Source: Bigelowiella natans CCMP2755 (taxonomy: Eukaryota; Protista; Cercozoa). Taken from it: a DNA stretch of 64,000 nucleotides. Position 1 is the stretch's first letter. Each line of letters starts with the position of its first letter. A program made the translations under genes and the position numbers. Shown in pieces: positions 28,616-40,981 of the stretch. The stretch is taken from contig ADNK01000828.1 in NCBI GenBank assembly GCA_000320545.1, positions 62,001-126,000 of the forward strand, in the 5' to 3' direction. The notes below the pieces were generated by a model, which worked only from the letters and a program-made list of their open reading frames with translations, had not been told where the DNA came from and ran no database searches.

Positions 28616-29241
28616 CATTTATATGTTTCTAGACACATGCCATGCTACATCATGTTTATACGTGAAGAATATGGTCGCCGCACGCACAGCAACATGTATG
28701 TGTAGCACAGCAAGACTAGGAGAATCATCTCATTTAGTTCATGGCGTCGTGAGTGCCGCATGCAGTCATACTGCTGTTCCATAGTGCATCGGATTGTGTC
28801 TTTTTAGCTGTAGCGCCTATACATTTATGCATAGCATGACGATGTAAAGCGTGTGCTCCTTCGCATTGCACATATATGTGAACGTTCATTCAAGCTCGTA
28901 TGGAGGCATGTACGCTGTACTGCATATAACTATTATTGGAGCTGGTATACAATAACATAGTTGTACGTGCGTATCTAGGTATGCTGTGATTCATCCCATT
29001 GCAATACTTAAACACATTCATTCGTGCCATGCCTCGTTGTAGCTCTCTATCGCTATAAAAGAACGATCGAGTTCTAAATGTGAGTGCGAGCAGGCGTTGA
29101 TTTAAAGTGAACGACAAATTGGGGAGGAGCAATATCGATCAGCCGCGAGAAGGCGGTGAAACATCATCGCCGCACACTATATACCATTTTCTAGAATTTT
29201 CAGCTGGTATTATGTATGGGCCTATTCGGACAATAATGCAT

Positions 29242-30691
29242 TCATTTTCCTTTTTTGCCTTTACTTTTTTTGGCCTGCTTCGCAGCCTCCTTCGCTTGCT
29301 TCGCAGCCTCCTTCGCTTCCTTCGCTTTCAGCGCTATGAGTTTTTTAACATAAGCTTCCTCCTCAGAAACAACTTGATGATTTCCACCAAGAATCTGTGG
29401 ACCCTCCGATTCCCCCCACGCGCATTCATTGGTCGCAGCACAGCCAGTCTCTTTGTACATCAATTCCTTTTGAAAATTTACATCTTCGACTATTGGCCGC
29501 CACGATGCCACAAGCAGTTTCGCTGTTCCAGTGAAACGTTTGAATAATTCACTTTCCGTTTTAGAAGGTTGGTAACGCCCCCAAAAATCATCGTAAGCTT
29601 TCATAGTGTCCGAATTTAAATTAGCTGTCAAATCGCTCATTGTTGTGATGAGAGCGGTGAAGAAAGATTTGGTCTTCTCCAACGACAAGGTACCTCAACG
29701 TGGTTACGAAAACGTAAAAGTTAGATCATTTCACCTATTCTATATTCTAATTGTGTAAGGAATCTCTGTGTTTTGATGTATCATTATAAAGTAGTAGGAA
29801 GCACCTGTCCATTGCGTGAGAGTACTGTGATATCGATCCTTCTTCTTATAATCTATAATGTGATAGAAATTTTCCATGTAATCTCGAACGCGAAAGCCAC
29901 TTGCAAATGCCATGTACAGCCGGAATTGTGGCTGAGAGTAGCATGGAATATCAATCAGCGAAAGATATCATGAAACAGCAAATGCAGATACCCATTATCT
30001 CTTATAACTGTACCTCTGACTCGCCTTCGATCTTTTCTAAGACAAAGTGATGCATTCCTGATGTTGTGAACAGATTGGATATTATCCTCATATCTGGTGA
30101 TAAAATTTACACGCGCACATATACTTGCGCGTTCTTACCTTTCCCCATCGTGTCGTGAAAAAGATAAGCGGTGTTCTGATTTACTTCCAAACTGGCCATA
30201 AATTTGCTAGTATCTTCTGAGTCTAAAGTGCTCATCCCCACAACATTATCCTGATTATCATCCTTCGAACCAGTCAAAAGCATGAAAACCGTGTCCGCAT
30301 TGCGCTAAGATATTGTTACGGCAGAATTGATCGATCAGAGTTACCACCACTGAAGATATCATTTTAGAACAGTTTCAACTCGAAACTGTCGCTTAGCAGA
30401 GCTCATTAGGTGTATCATTTACAAACATCTTATTATTCATCTTATAATTCAAATATTTTGTCACTATCGTGGCTGACCTGGCAGTCACAAACCATACTTG
30501 AAATAGTAGTGCTTGTATCCACACATGCCATTTGAGTATCAGCTCTTCTTTTTGAGTCGATGCCTAATATCCAGTGCGACCAATGCGCCCGCTGAAAATA
30601 AATGGATCAACAGTGAGCATTTACCATGATTTCATGCGTGTGTCTTTGTTCCATCAAATTATAGTAAATTCATATTTTTAATATTTATATA

Positions 30692-30734
<43 letters not shown>

Positions 30735-31100
30735 TTTTTAATGTAAAGATATGAAATTATGTTTATGATGGTGTAAGACAATAGACAATTTACCTTGCCT
30801 TGAGCAACTTTGTTTACGATGGCACTATACATCATCCGAGTGACCATATCGTATACATGCTGACAGTTCCCGGGAACGCCATCACACGGGCCTTCCTCTA
30901 TGATTTTGTTTAATATCGAACATCAGAACACTACGATCATCTTATAACCATCATTGTTAGCAACTGTCTTGTTGCTGTCGCTATTTATTGTTCACTACCT
31001 TATTCTCACCTTATTCTCGTAGCATGTAGTTAGATGTTAGGCATGCAAGAAATCATATTAATTCAGGACCGACTTTGAAAAGAGGAAGTGGAGTTGTGCT
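29242..31100 (-). CDS. multi-exon hypothetical protein with K/A/E-rich C-terminal repeats
   Basis: Last exon 29242-29690 ends in KEAAKQA repeats. Upstream open exons include NADTVFMLLTGSKDDNQDNVVGMSTLDSEDTSKFMASLE. Start uncertain. Confidence 0.5.
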
Positions 31101-31326
31101 TCAGGGTCATAGCACGTGTGGAGGATGATAATGGCTCCAAAACACCACTGTTATGTACAGTGCACAAGCAACTAACAATGAATGTGCTTAGAACAAAACG
31201 TGCCGCTGCCATTATGAGCAGGCGCCGTATTTGAACAAATCAGCAGGTGTATGTGCAGAGGCGTATGATTTCCTGATTTCCTATTTTCTGATTTTTGCGA
31301 ATTTCAAAAATTTGAATGCGAACTTC

Positions 31327-31394
31327 GGTTCCGTTTGGACGGACGGAGACGCATTTTGTTTTGTCAATGCGACAATCTTCATCGTGTGTCGTCT
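31327..31394 (+). repeat. dispersed repeat family A, left fragment
   Basis: GGTTCCGTTTGGACGGA...GACAATCTTCATCGTGTGTCGTCT matches the reverse complement of about 41674-41737. Confidence 0.85.
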
Positions 31395-31481
31395 CGCGAT
31401 GCTTTCTTTACAGCTATTTTGGCAACGTTCGGGCAATTAAATTGGCTTGTTTGGAGGTAAAAAACAACGAAGTACTCTGTT

Positions 31482-31600
31482 GGATACGACCATACCACGA
31501 CTAATACACCCGATCCCTGCCGAACTCGGAAGTGTAGCGTCGTTGGGACTCGTTAGTACTGCGGTGGGGGACCACGCGGGAACACGGTGTTGTTGTATCC
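31482..31600 (+). rRNA. 5S ribosomal RNA
   Basis: 119 nt. GGATACGAC pairs with GTTGTATCC as helix I. Conserved CACCCGATCC, GAACTCGGAAG and TTAGTACT..GTGGGGGACC motifs. Followed by T10. Confidence 0.95.
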
Positions 31601-31610
31601 TTTTTTTTTT
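31601..31610 (+). terminator. RNA polymerase III terminator (T10)
   Basis: Oligo-T immediately after the 5S 3' end. Confidence 0.85.
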
Positions 31611-32072
31611 CCTGCCCTGAGTCAATTTGCGACCGACTGTTCTCACCATTGCGTTTCCTAGTGCAGCCATTTGATTCAATGGGTCATTTGTGCAGCACCG
31701 CTGCGCCGCGGTGGAGATCACCTGCTAGCCTGGCCAGACCTAGAGACAGCTAGACAGCAGATCCAAAGCTTTTGGAGCTAGCTAGCTAGTCCTCGAATCG
31801 TGGCGGCACATGTCACCTGATGGTTGACATGAATCGCGTGGTCAAATGCATGATCAGTCCACCCGCCCCATCATTCAGCCAGGCTAGATGAGGTGCCAAA
31901 ACACCAAGCCTGTAGCTGTCCGCCATGCCACGCTGGTTGGCACGCTAGGGCATGGACTAGCAGTGGACGACTGCATGCACACTAGCTAGCTAGCCAGCTA
32001 GCACGCTGGCATGCAGCGTCGCACATGATCAATGCTGGAATGCAATGAGCGCCCGATGCGTGCCAGCATGCA

Positions 32073-32331
32073 TCTGGAACACTGTCGATGCTTGAGAAAG
32101 TCACCGGTGGTCAGCACTCAGATCCAGGATTGTCGCTGATGACCCATCACCTTCAGTTTCGTTCGTGAGACTTCGGAATGAATTCATCGCAGATCGAAAA
32201 ATCTGGTGCAAAAACACCCCAAACGGCTGGAACGACACGTCTGTTGTGAAATCCACTCAAATGGCCAATTGTTGCAAGTCTTTTACGAAAATTGCTAGCA
32301 CCAGGGGCGACAAATGGGAATTTTGACATGT
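32073..32331 (+). repeat. dispersed repeat family A, right fragment
   Basis: Shares blocks with the reverse complement of about 41467-41676: GATTGTCGCTGATGA, AGACTTCGGAATGAATTCATCGCAGATCGAA, AAATCCACTCAAATGGCCAAT and GGGGCGACAAA. Confidence 0.9.
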
Positions 32332-33200
32332 GTGCTGCATGGCCCCACAGGCCATGGAGTGTGCCCGGGTTCGAAACACATGTTCTCTGCTGGGACACAT
32401 GTGACTAATGGATCGAACACATGTTGGCAAAAATGGATTAGAAACTGCACGTGCGTGCGCCATGTGCGTAGCCCTGTGGGCCATGGAGTGCTGTCAATGA
32501 TGCGGGAATGAATTCAGCACGTGATGATTTGTCGTGTCCACCGCAGCAGTGCGCATCAACAGCACGTGCAATTCCTTTTCACTGGTTCAACCCATGCCAG
32601 CATGCATGCTCCATCTCCATCTTGATGATGGAATTTGCGAAAACGTCTTCCGTGACGTTTGGCAGACTCCGCCGCCGCTGCTGCTGCATCGTCAACACGA
32701 CGCTGCCATCTGCTGCTAGTGCTGCCCAGCTAGCCAGGAAGAAGGACTGCTACCTTGGAAAGTTTCCAACCGATTCCACCAGCTGTCACAAAGGAGAGTG
32801 CTAGTCTCGCGGTCGTGTTGTGATCACCACAGTGTAGCAGCAGCATCGCAATGGCAGCAGTGGTGACAGTTCAGAAGGGAGCGGCTCTGACCATTTTCCT
32901 TCCCACACCATCGTCTTGCACACCTCTTCCACACAGCTGCACTGCCGCACTGCCACTGCTTTGACACCAGGCGGAAGTTCCGCAGCTGTGGCAATGAATA
33001 CTGCTGTGTGACAACGTCTTTTTTTCGTTTCGTGCTTCAATTTGGTCGTCAGCACAATTTTCCAATCCGTTTCAACGTGAAGCCCACCTAGCCACTGAGC
33101 TTTTTTGCGCAACATGTGAAAAATTTCAAATGCATCTAGCTAGCAAGGCATGGCACATGGCACCGTGCGATGAAAAGTCACATCGCAAGCTCAGCGCTGC
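32332..33200. repeat. TpA-depleted degenerate repeat/pseudogene-like DNA
   Basis: Few TA, most followed by G. Diverged 20-bp direct repeat at 32342-32361 and 32471-32490. Cys/His-rich ORFs. Confidence 0.5.
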
Positions 33201-33622
33201 CTTCAGCGACAACATCAATGATTGCAAATGCTTTTACACCTTTCCGACATTTTTATAACCTGTCATTCGTATCGTACGGCATCATAAAGCATACAGCTAT
33301 GCATATTGGATGTATCCAGCCATGTTCCGCCTATGGGCACGAGCAGCCAATAACGTGCTTGCGCCTACAGATCGAAGTGTGATGCCACACGATACGTATG
33401 TCGGAAGTCATAATTCAAGCTGATAGTATACAATGACTTAACGCCGGAACGATGTATGACATCGATGCGATCGAAGCATGCATCGAGACAGTGCAGTTCG
33501 TCCAAGGTACGACATATACGTCTTGACGTGCTATGAGCATGAATTACAGATATGTGACTATCACACCTTATCACTAGCACATGCTGTATAAGCAACGTGG
33601 CACATTAAGCGATTTGCATAAA

Positions 33623-34565
33623 TCACTTCACGTCTCCCAGTGAAGTTATTACAGCAGCCAATTCATTGTCAACTTGATCTGAGTGCTCCACTAGCTTATT
33701 CCACTCCTCTGTATGTAAATAGAATAAGAATAAGATGAAAAGCATCAACCGACCTTTAAAACGAACAGAGTTGCTTGCCTGCTTTCTCGTTATTAGTTGA
33801 TGCTCTGTTCTGATATCAATATACTTACCGGGGCGTAGCATGATCCCCTTTCTCCCGGGAGATTTCCCGAATTCTTCCCCATCTTCAGCGCCCTGGACTG
33901 CATTTGAGTTCCTTGAGAAGCATTGTCACATGGTCATCAGTTGCATCATCTTCCATTGATTGTTATTCGTTAGCATGGTAGTAGAGCACTACGTCGTTAT
34001 CTCTTAACAAGGAGCGAATCAACTACAAATAATTGGTTGCTATTACTTCCAGTACTCACGCACGTCAACGAACCATCTTCCTTTGTACGATGTAGTCTGC
34101 GATTATTACATACATTCACAGCACCAATGAACCGACGCGAGTCGTTATCATAATCCCATTAAATCTCTCCGAAATCATCGATTCAGACTACCGTAGCAAA
34201 CCGCATATTGCCAAGTCCAATCTCCCTTGTGCGTCTTGCTTCAAGAGCCGTCGTCAGCATTTTCATTCCCTTCATCAGCTTTCCCCATTGCTCTGGCGTG
34301 AGCATTATACCCTGAAGTTTTTTGCATTTCGAGGTAGTTTGTATGTTGCAGTATAATCAAATATGTGAAAGTTTGGTCAAAAAGAGAGAGAAATGGAGTG
34401 GTGATATCTTTACCTTCACTCCTGGCTTTTCAACGCCGCCTTTTAAGTAGTATTCGCGAATATCCATTCCTACGAAATTGTAAAACCAATATCGAAGGGG
34501 ACGGTTAACAGTCAGATCAGTGCAAATAAAATAGTCGTTTATTCGTGGGAAAAGCAGCAATCACC

Positions 34566-34596
<31 letters not shown>

Positions 34597-35824
34597 GCAG
34601 CAGCAGCAGCGGTTCACCTTTGTTCCCCCTATATTCTGTTGCTGTAATTCTTCGTAGATTTCCAAGTTGTAGATACCCTGTTTCCTTAAGTCTTGAAGTG
34701 CTGCTAGCTTCTTGCTGCTTGTTTCCCCCCTCTTCTTCCTCCTCCTCCTTATTAGCAGTCCCCCCCCCGTTTACATGATCTTCTTGCTTTCCTTCTTCTT
34801 GTACTTCTTTGCCTGCTACCTGCTCACCATTTTCGTTGTTCAATGAAACCGATGCCTCATTTGCTACTGCTGCTGCTGATGATGATGATGGAGATACAGC
34901 TGGTTTCTTGCGACCTCGCTGCGATGCTGCTGTTGCTCCTTTTGACATCACCTTTCTCGTTGTCGTGCTGGCTCCTTCGACTTCGGATCGTTTGGCCTCA
35001 CTCTCCTTTTTTTCTTCTTCTTTCAGTTGCTTAACAATCCTGTCGCGTTCTTGCATCAACCGACGTACAGCACTCCTATCGGCATTTCGCATCGCTGCAT
35101 GTAGTTCCTGGCTGACGGTTGCAAGTTCCTGGGTAAGTTGGGCTGATTCATCAGACCCAGCGCGACCGTCATCACACGCATCTCTGCCTCGTTTACGCCC
35201 CCCTCCTGACACTCCTACTGCCGATATCATCGGTCCTAATCCTTTGCTTCTCCTCCTGTAATGAAGACTGCTCGTCACAGCATCCTCTGCACCAGATCCT
35301 GTGCTATCTTCTTTTCTCTCAGCGGATATGATTGCATTATACATCTCTTGGACTGTGGCAGAGGTTTGATTCGAAGGGGACCTGTGCAATCATGCAGGCA
35401 TTATCACCACTACTATCATAATTAACTCACACGTCAAACAATGAAGAAAGGAGCACCTATACACAGTTCTCTTGGTGCCATCATTGTGATGCTCAGGCTC
35501 TACTTTCCAACAGTTATCCATGGCAAGAACCCCCGCACCATTAATGAACCCAGACAGCAACCCATCTCTCATGCTCCCCCCTCTTAAACGGGCCCATGCG
35601 AGTCTTCTCCTTCTTCCTCCTCTTTTTCCATAAATCTCCGCAGATCGCTGCGGTAACGACTGAGACAGCAGGAGGCTGGTTTTGGGTTCATCACAACATT
35701 GGTCGCTTGCTGCGTTATACTCGCTGGAGCCAGCAAACAAATAGAGGACTGTGAGGAAACCTAGAACCCCCAGTAAGACTAGTGGTCTCTGGCACATACA
35801 GCCCGTATCAACACTCGGTATCAA
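33623..35824 (-). CDS. PC4/Sub1 transcriptional coactivator-family protein (two PC4 domains) with N-terminal signal-like leader
   Basis: First copy LQLGNLRRITATEYRG...DIREYYLKGGVEKPGVK|GIMLTPEQWGKL. Second copy IGLGNMRFAT...PGRKGIMLRP|EEWNKL. Leader LVLLGVLGFLTVLYLFAG...RLRGG. Confidence 0.8.
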
Positions 35825-36155
35825 TACTCGAAGGCGGCGGGAGATTGCTTTTGGCCCCGGTTGGGTCCCATTGCATTTGTACCAGCTAAGTTTTCATTGG
35901 ACCAACTTCCTAAAAAAAATTTATGAAAATATGACCCTTTGGGGGAAAAAGTGTTAGTAGTTTCTAGCATCAATGGTTTTTATTATGGTTCCAATGGAAG
36001 CAGTATAAATACGACAGACAAAATAATTCAGCGAAAATGCGATACCGTAGATATTTAATGCTATAAATAATGACTTTATTACAACAACATAAGCAACAAC
36101 ATTCGACGTGGTTCGTCTCCGTCGTCGTCGTACCTACCCTACCCTACCCGCATCG

Positions 36156-37270
36156 ATGACACGTTCCTCGTACCGTTCTCTGCTACTCTTATTTGGCTTT
36201 CTAGCCTGCTTGGGCTTCATTCTAACCGTACGTCTAAGTAATAGCTATCTTGCACGCACTATCCCCTCGTCAACTACGATTGTAAGCCCAACGGTAAGGT
36301 TAGCAGCGTCTCGTGGTTGTAGTAGACGTTCGTTAAATCGCTTTCCACTGGAAGACAGTGTCAACGAAAGAAGAACCAAAGTTATACTGCCATTTGGTCG
36401 TCGGTCAGCAAAAATTGCGACTCGAAAGGGAGCACAAGACGCTGCCAAGACTAAGCTGTACACCAAGGTTCCTGAGTAAACTATTGATTATTTCGAAATG
36501 GAAAAATGTAAAAAGAATGACGTGTATGAAAAAGATATAAAATTTCGTTTTTACTTCATAACACACATTATCAGAAATGAAATCTTGTCGGTAATTCACA
36601 TGAAATAACATGTGAAATTTTTGGAAAGATCGGGAAAATGGTGGCCGACGCTGTGAAGCAAGGAGGCTCAGACCCTTCATCCAATCCGAAGCTCGCAACA
36701 ATCATGAAGCAGGCGAATAGTGCAAATGTCCCAAAAGATATTATTAAGCGTAACATCGAGAAAGGTGAGTCAGGAAAGGCCAACTACGAGCAACTAGTGT
36801 ACGAAGCATACGGTGCTGGAGGTGTTGGTTTTGTCATCGAGTGCATGACGGACAATCCAACCATGGCTCAACGAGATGTAAAACAAGCCTTGAAAAAAGG
36901 ACTAGGAAAATGGGCTGAATCTGGTAGTGTCAGCTTCAATTTTCAGCGAAGAGGAGTAATACGACTCCCAGAGGATAAAGTCACAGAGGATGAAGTAGTC
37001 GACGTAGCTTTAGAGGCCGGTGCAGAAGACATTACTGAAGAGGAAGAATATCTGAAAGTGCTGACAGAAGTAGAAAATTTTCATATTGTCCAATCTGCAC
37101 TTGAAGAAGCTGGTCTTCCTGTGGAGGGAGATCAGTGTGGACTGGAAATGATACCTAATGCTCAAATTGAGGTTAGCGACGCAGACGCAGAGATCAATGA
37201 GGATATACTATCCCGCCTTCTTGATATTGATGATGTTGATGCTGTGTACAGCACAATGGCAATGGAGTAA
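36156..37270 (+). CDS. yebC: YebC/PmpR/TACO1-family protein, probably plastid-targeted; 2 exons (36156-36467, 36629-37270)
   Basis: GRRSAKIATRKGAQDAAKTKLYTK|IGK, GGSDPSSNPKL, YEAYGAGGVGFVIECMTDN, SVSFNFQRRG and LDIDDVDAVYST. Hydrophobic leader plus R/S-rich transit-like peptide. Confidence 0.93.
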
Positions 37271-37694
37271 GAAGTTACGATGGAGTCAAAACCCCAACGC
37301 ATACATTTTAAAATACATATTCGTATATTAGTGTCATTAATCGATCAGTAGAATAATTTATGACGAGCTTTTTACCTTAAAATAAACTAGAAAAAGTTGC
37401 TCCAGAAATTTCTCGAATGTAGAATTATGGTCATGCTAGCATGTTGCTATTGGACTTATCATGCTAGCATGTCTAGCTGCTTCACTTCTGCAGAGCTATC
37501 TAGCTATACTTCTATACTTGCACGATGCAGACAAACTCAGGGTGGCCTATCTAGCTATGCGTATATATGTCATCTCTGTTCAGCAAGTCTCACGATGCCT
37601 AGTTTTGCGCTTGCATTCGACACGCACATCTAGACATCAAGACAAATCGTATCCACAAAAAGTGATTAATCAATCCCGAACGCCCATGCTGACA

Positions 37695-37980
37695 TCTAGA
37701 CATGGCTAGATGGTGGCATGCTTGTGTGTACTCTAGCACTCTAGCACTACCAGCTAGCTCTAGAGCTAGAATCTAGTGCATCGCAGGCTAGCAGGCAACA
37801 ACAGCATCAGCATCACTACTAGACTAGATCACGTAGTTCTGTTATCCGGCATTGATCATGCTAGCATGTCTAGATGTGTAACAGGGGTTTCTAGCTAGCT
37901 AGGTCTGTCTAGCTATCTGTGAATCTCTAGATCTAGACATGCAGCATAGCTAGATACTAGGATAGCTAGTATCTAGCTAT
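37695..37980. repeat. CTAG-dense palindromic tract
   Basis: More than 20 CTAG tetramers in under 300 bp, with short direct and inverted duplications (CTCTAGCA twice, AGCTCTAGAGCT, TCTAGATCTAGA). Confidence 0.8.
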
Positions 37981-38137
37981 GCTGCATTTCTCACAACATC
38001 ATTAGGGGAACTATTCTTTCATTCGAGTTGAAGTGCACATGATCAACCTCACGTGCAGAGATGGACAACAAAAGGTTATTATTGTCTTTTCATGTACAGA
38101 GGTAAAGTTTTTCATGCGTCTGATGTAAAAATATTAA

Positions 38138-38893
38138 TTATTTCAATTCCATAGACGCGAGAGTATCCAACATTGACGGCTCGCTTTTAGTTGGCATATC
38201 TTCCCAAAAATTAGAAGTATTTGCCTCATCATTTTTGTGGCTTGAGTTATTATCAAAGTCTTGCGATTGAAGGAGGCTGCCTTGCAACGGGCTGCTTGTA
38301 TCAGAAGATTTCTCATCGCTAGAATCCACCTCCTCATCGAAACACTCGTCCATCATTTTGGTTTCTTCAAAGCAACTTCTACTGAACTCATCTCTTTCTT
38401 TTACGATAACTTCCATTCCAGATTTAATGCCTGCAGCTTCGAAAGTTACGTGCTCACTGATGGACTTTCCTTTGAACATAAGCTGCAAACGATCGTGAGA
38501 ATTGTATTTTCTTTCGTAAATTTCTAACAGTTGAGATACAGTAGCATTTGATGCAATTCGTATTGCGTTAATGTCATAGGTACTATATACTCTTATTTTA
38601 ATGAACTGGGCAATGTCTACGTTGACTGAGACAATTGATTTATTTTTAATGCCGTAGGATTCTAGAGTTTGATCATCCTGAAGCTCAGTTTTTAGGTTTT
38701 TACCAAAGATCTTCATCGTCCATACTCCCTTAAGGTATTTTTGGATTCTGCATGCAATCGCCTGTTTCAAATGGGCAATGCGAGGTTGTGCGCCAGACTT
38801 ATTGTTTCTTCGCATCATAACTTTTATCTCCTTTCCATTCAGTTCACAACGGATTTCCATCATTTCGAGTCGATCGTTCTGAATGTTTGCCAT
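38138..38893 (-). CDS. protein with two ubiquitin-like domains (upstream exons to about 39430 possible)
   Basis: IAHLKQAI...ELQDDQTLESYGIKNKSIV and ATVSQLLEIY...LQLMFKGKSISEHVTFEAAGIKSGMEV fit the UBL fold. No terminal GG. Confidence 0.7.
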   Translation of the reverse strand: MANIQNDRLEMMEIRCELNGKEIKVMMRRNNKSGAQPRIAHLKQAIACRIQKYLKGVWTMKIFGKNLKTELQDDQTLESYGIKNKSIVSVNVDIAQFIKIRVYSTYDINAIRIASNATVSQLLEIYERKYNSHDRLQLMFKGKSISEHVTFEAAGIKSGMEVIVKERDEFSRSCFEETKMMDECFDEEVDSSDEKSSDTSSPLQGSLLQSQDFDNNSSHKNDEANTSNFWEDMPTKSEPSMLDTLASMELK

Positions 38894-40257
38894 TCGTCGT
38901 AACTAACCAATGTTGCATTGAGTGAACCATATGAAAGAGAAGAGTGCTAATTTTCTTATGCGAGAAAGTTAAGAAATCTAAATGAAAGGATTATCGTACC
39001 CTCGTCTGGCCATGTCTACAGAAGTTATGTGTTTTCATCGTCGTTAATCGGGATGAGGATGAGTATGAGAACTGAAAGCAGCTTTCCTGCATTTCAGGGT
39101 TCCTCAGATAGGTTGAGTTTGAACACAGTGTGTCTTGAAATCTGTTAGACTTGGCGGGCTTGACATAATCACCACTGTTTGCGACTTGCAGCTTCTTGTT
39201 GCCACCTTTGCTGTTTCTTCTCTTACTCTGCTGCCACTATGTCTGCATACACTTCATTTCTTCTCTTATTCTGCTGCCAACAAGGATGCTGGTGCGAAAA
39301 CCAGTGTTGAGACAAGCACGTTCCTGTTTCGAAACCAAAGAACCGATGCCTTTTCAACTTTTCACTCGCAAGAAACGAGTTTCGGTTGAATTTAACTCTT
39401 CCTTTTTGTGTTGCTAAGAAAGCCATCTAATCTCTTATTTGTGTTGCCTCGGAATGAACGGCACACGCAGACAGTGAACGTTCATGTTCATTTGTGAACC
39501 AAGTGATGAGATACGCCCTTCATGCCCGTTGATTACTTTGTTCACATTGAGCATGTCGTTTAATAAGAATTAACTATATTCACATGCTACGACTTAGAAA
39601 CATATCATATTTCGTATTCTAATCCCATTTCAGCACAATCGTAGATATTTTTCACATTACGTATTCTCCACTACAGCGGAAAAACAAAGAATACCAGCAA
39701 GAATTCCAAAATCCACATGCGTTTCTCTGCAATTTCTCCGGTCGAGGGAAAACCGGTTTTCGGTCAAAATCTGCTTTTCTGCCCACCTTTACTTCACTTC
39801 ATTTTTTCAGTTTTCAATGTGCTCGCTTGATACTTCATCATAAGAGGGATTGTGAAGAAATGCTTGTTATCACTGCATTTTCTAGAAAATTAAGCTATCA
39901 TTTGCATGGGGTTTGTTGTAGTATGCTGATTTTCAGTCTTAAGATGATTTTTGATGATTTTTTTCATGAATTCTTATTTCACGCATGCACTAGCAGGCAG
40001 ATACCCACGAGGCCAGGAATGGAAGGGCAGAGCATACCATTTAATCGTAGTCCCTTATGACAAGCATCGCAGTTGCGGTCTGGCCATGACCTGCAATTTC
40101 GTGTCGTAAAAATTTTACAGTTATCTGAACCTTGCATACCATCATAGTTGCATTCAAGAAGTTAGTTTGACACATTTGTGTTGAACCGGCTTGTTTAATT
40201 TGTGTGTGTTGCGCATCATAAATTGCTGTGTTGCTTCAACTGTTATTTTATCATCAG

Positions 40258-40981
40258 GTGGTTTGCACACTTCTTGCAGTAGTTGTAGTTGGTTGCGGTT
40301 TGTACTATCTGCGATGGAGGTTTATAAGTGGACATGTAAGGCTGCGTCTACGCACTTCATCTTTCACAATGCAAGAACGAAGTTCTGTCAATAGCACAGG
40401 ATCTACAGATCCCTTCAAGACGAAGAAAAAGATGAAGCCCTGGCTAAAGGTTGTCCATTAGGAAAAAAATAATATTCATCATGCGAAGAGAAATGAAAAA
40501 AGTAAACTTTCAGGAAAATCAGCGAGCCCCAACAGTGTGGCGTGGAGCTGGGGGAATGATTGCGATACAAGGGGATGCATCTATTATTCCAGGCTTAAGT
40601 ACGAAACTCGCTCAAGGTTGGACGGGAGGTGTGGAGGACAAAGATGGAACTTACAACAACGAGGAGGAGCACAAAAATTTAGATATGTTACAGAAAAGTT
40701 TAGAGAAGATGAAAAAGGTACGAGAACAAGAAGAGATAATTAAGGAAGAATCTTTGCAAGATATTCAAAAGGAACATGCTGAGAATAAAAAAAATGTAGA
40801 ATCTACACAAGAGAATGATCGATCACCAAGGAAATTCGAGATCAAGATACGACCTTGTAATGATGAGAGTATCAATGAAACTGAGATTCACGTTAAGCCC
40901 GGCTTCAGTAGCGGAGATTATGCAGAAATAACGAGTAAGCTAGGGGTAGTAGGGGATAGTAGTGCATCTAACATCATGTAA
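40258..40981 (+). CDS. hypothetical single-TM protein (5' end unresolved)
   Basis: Exon VVCTLLAVVVVGCGLYYLRWR...KPWLK|GT, then last exon ENQRAPTVW...SASNIM*. Confidence 0.45.
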
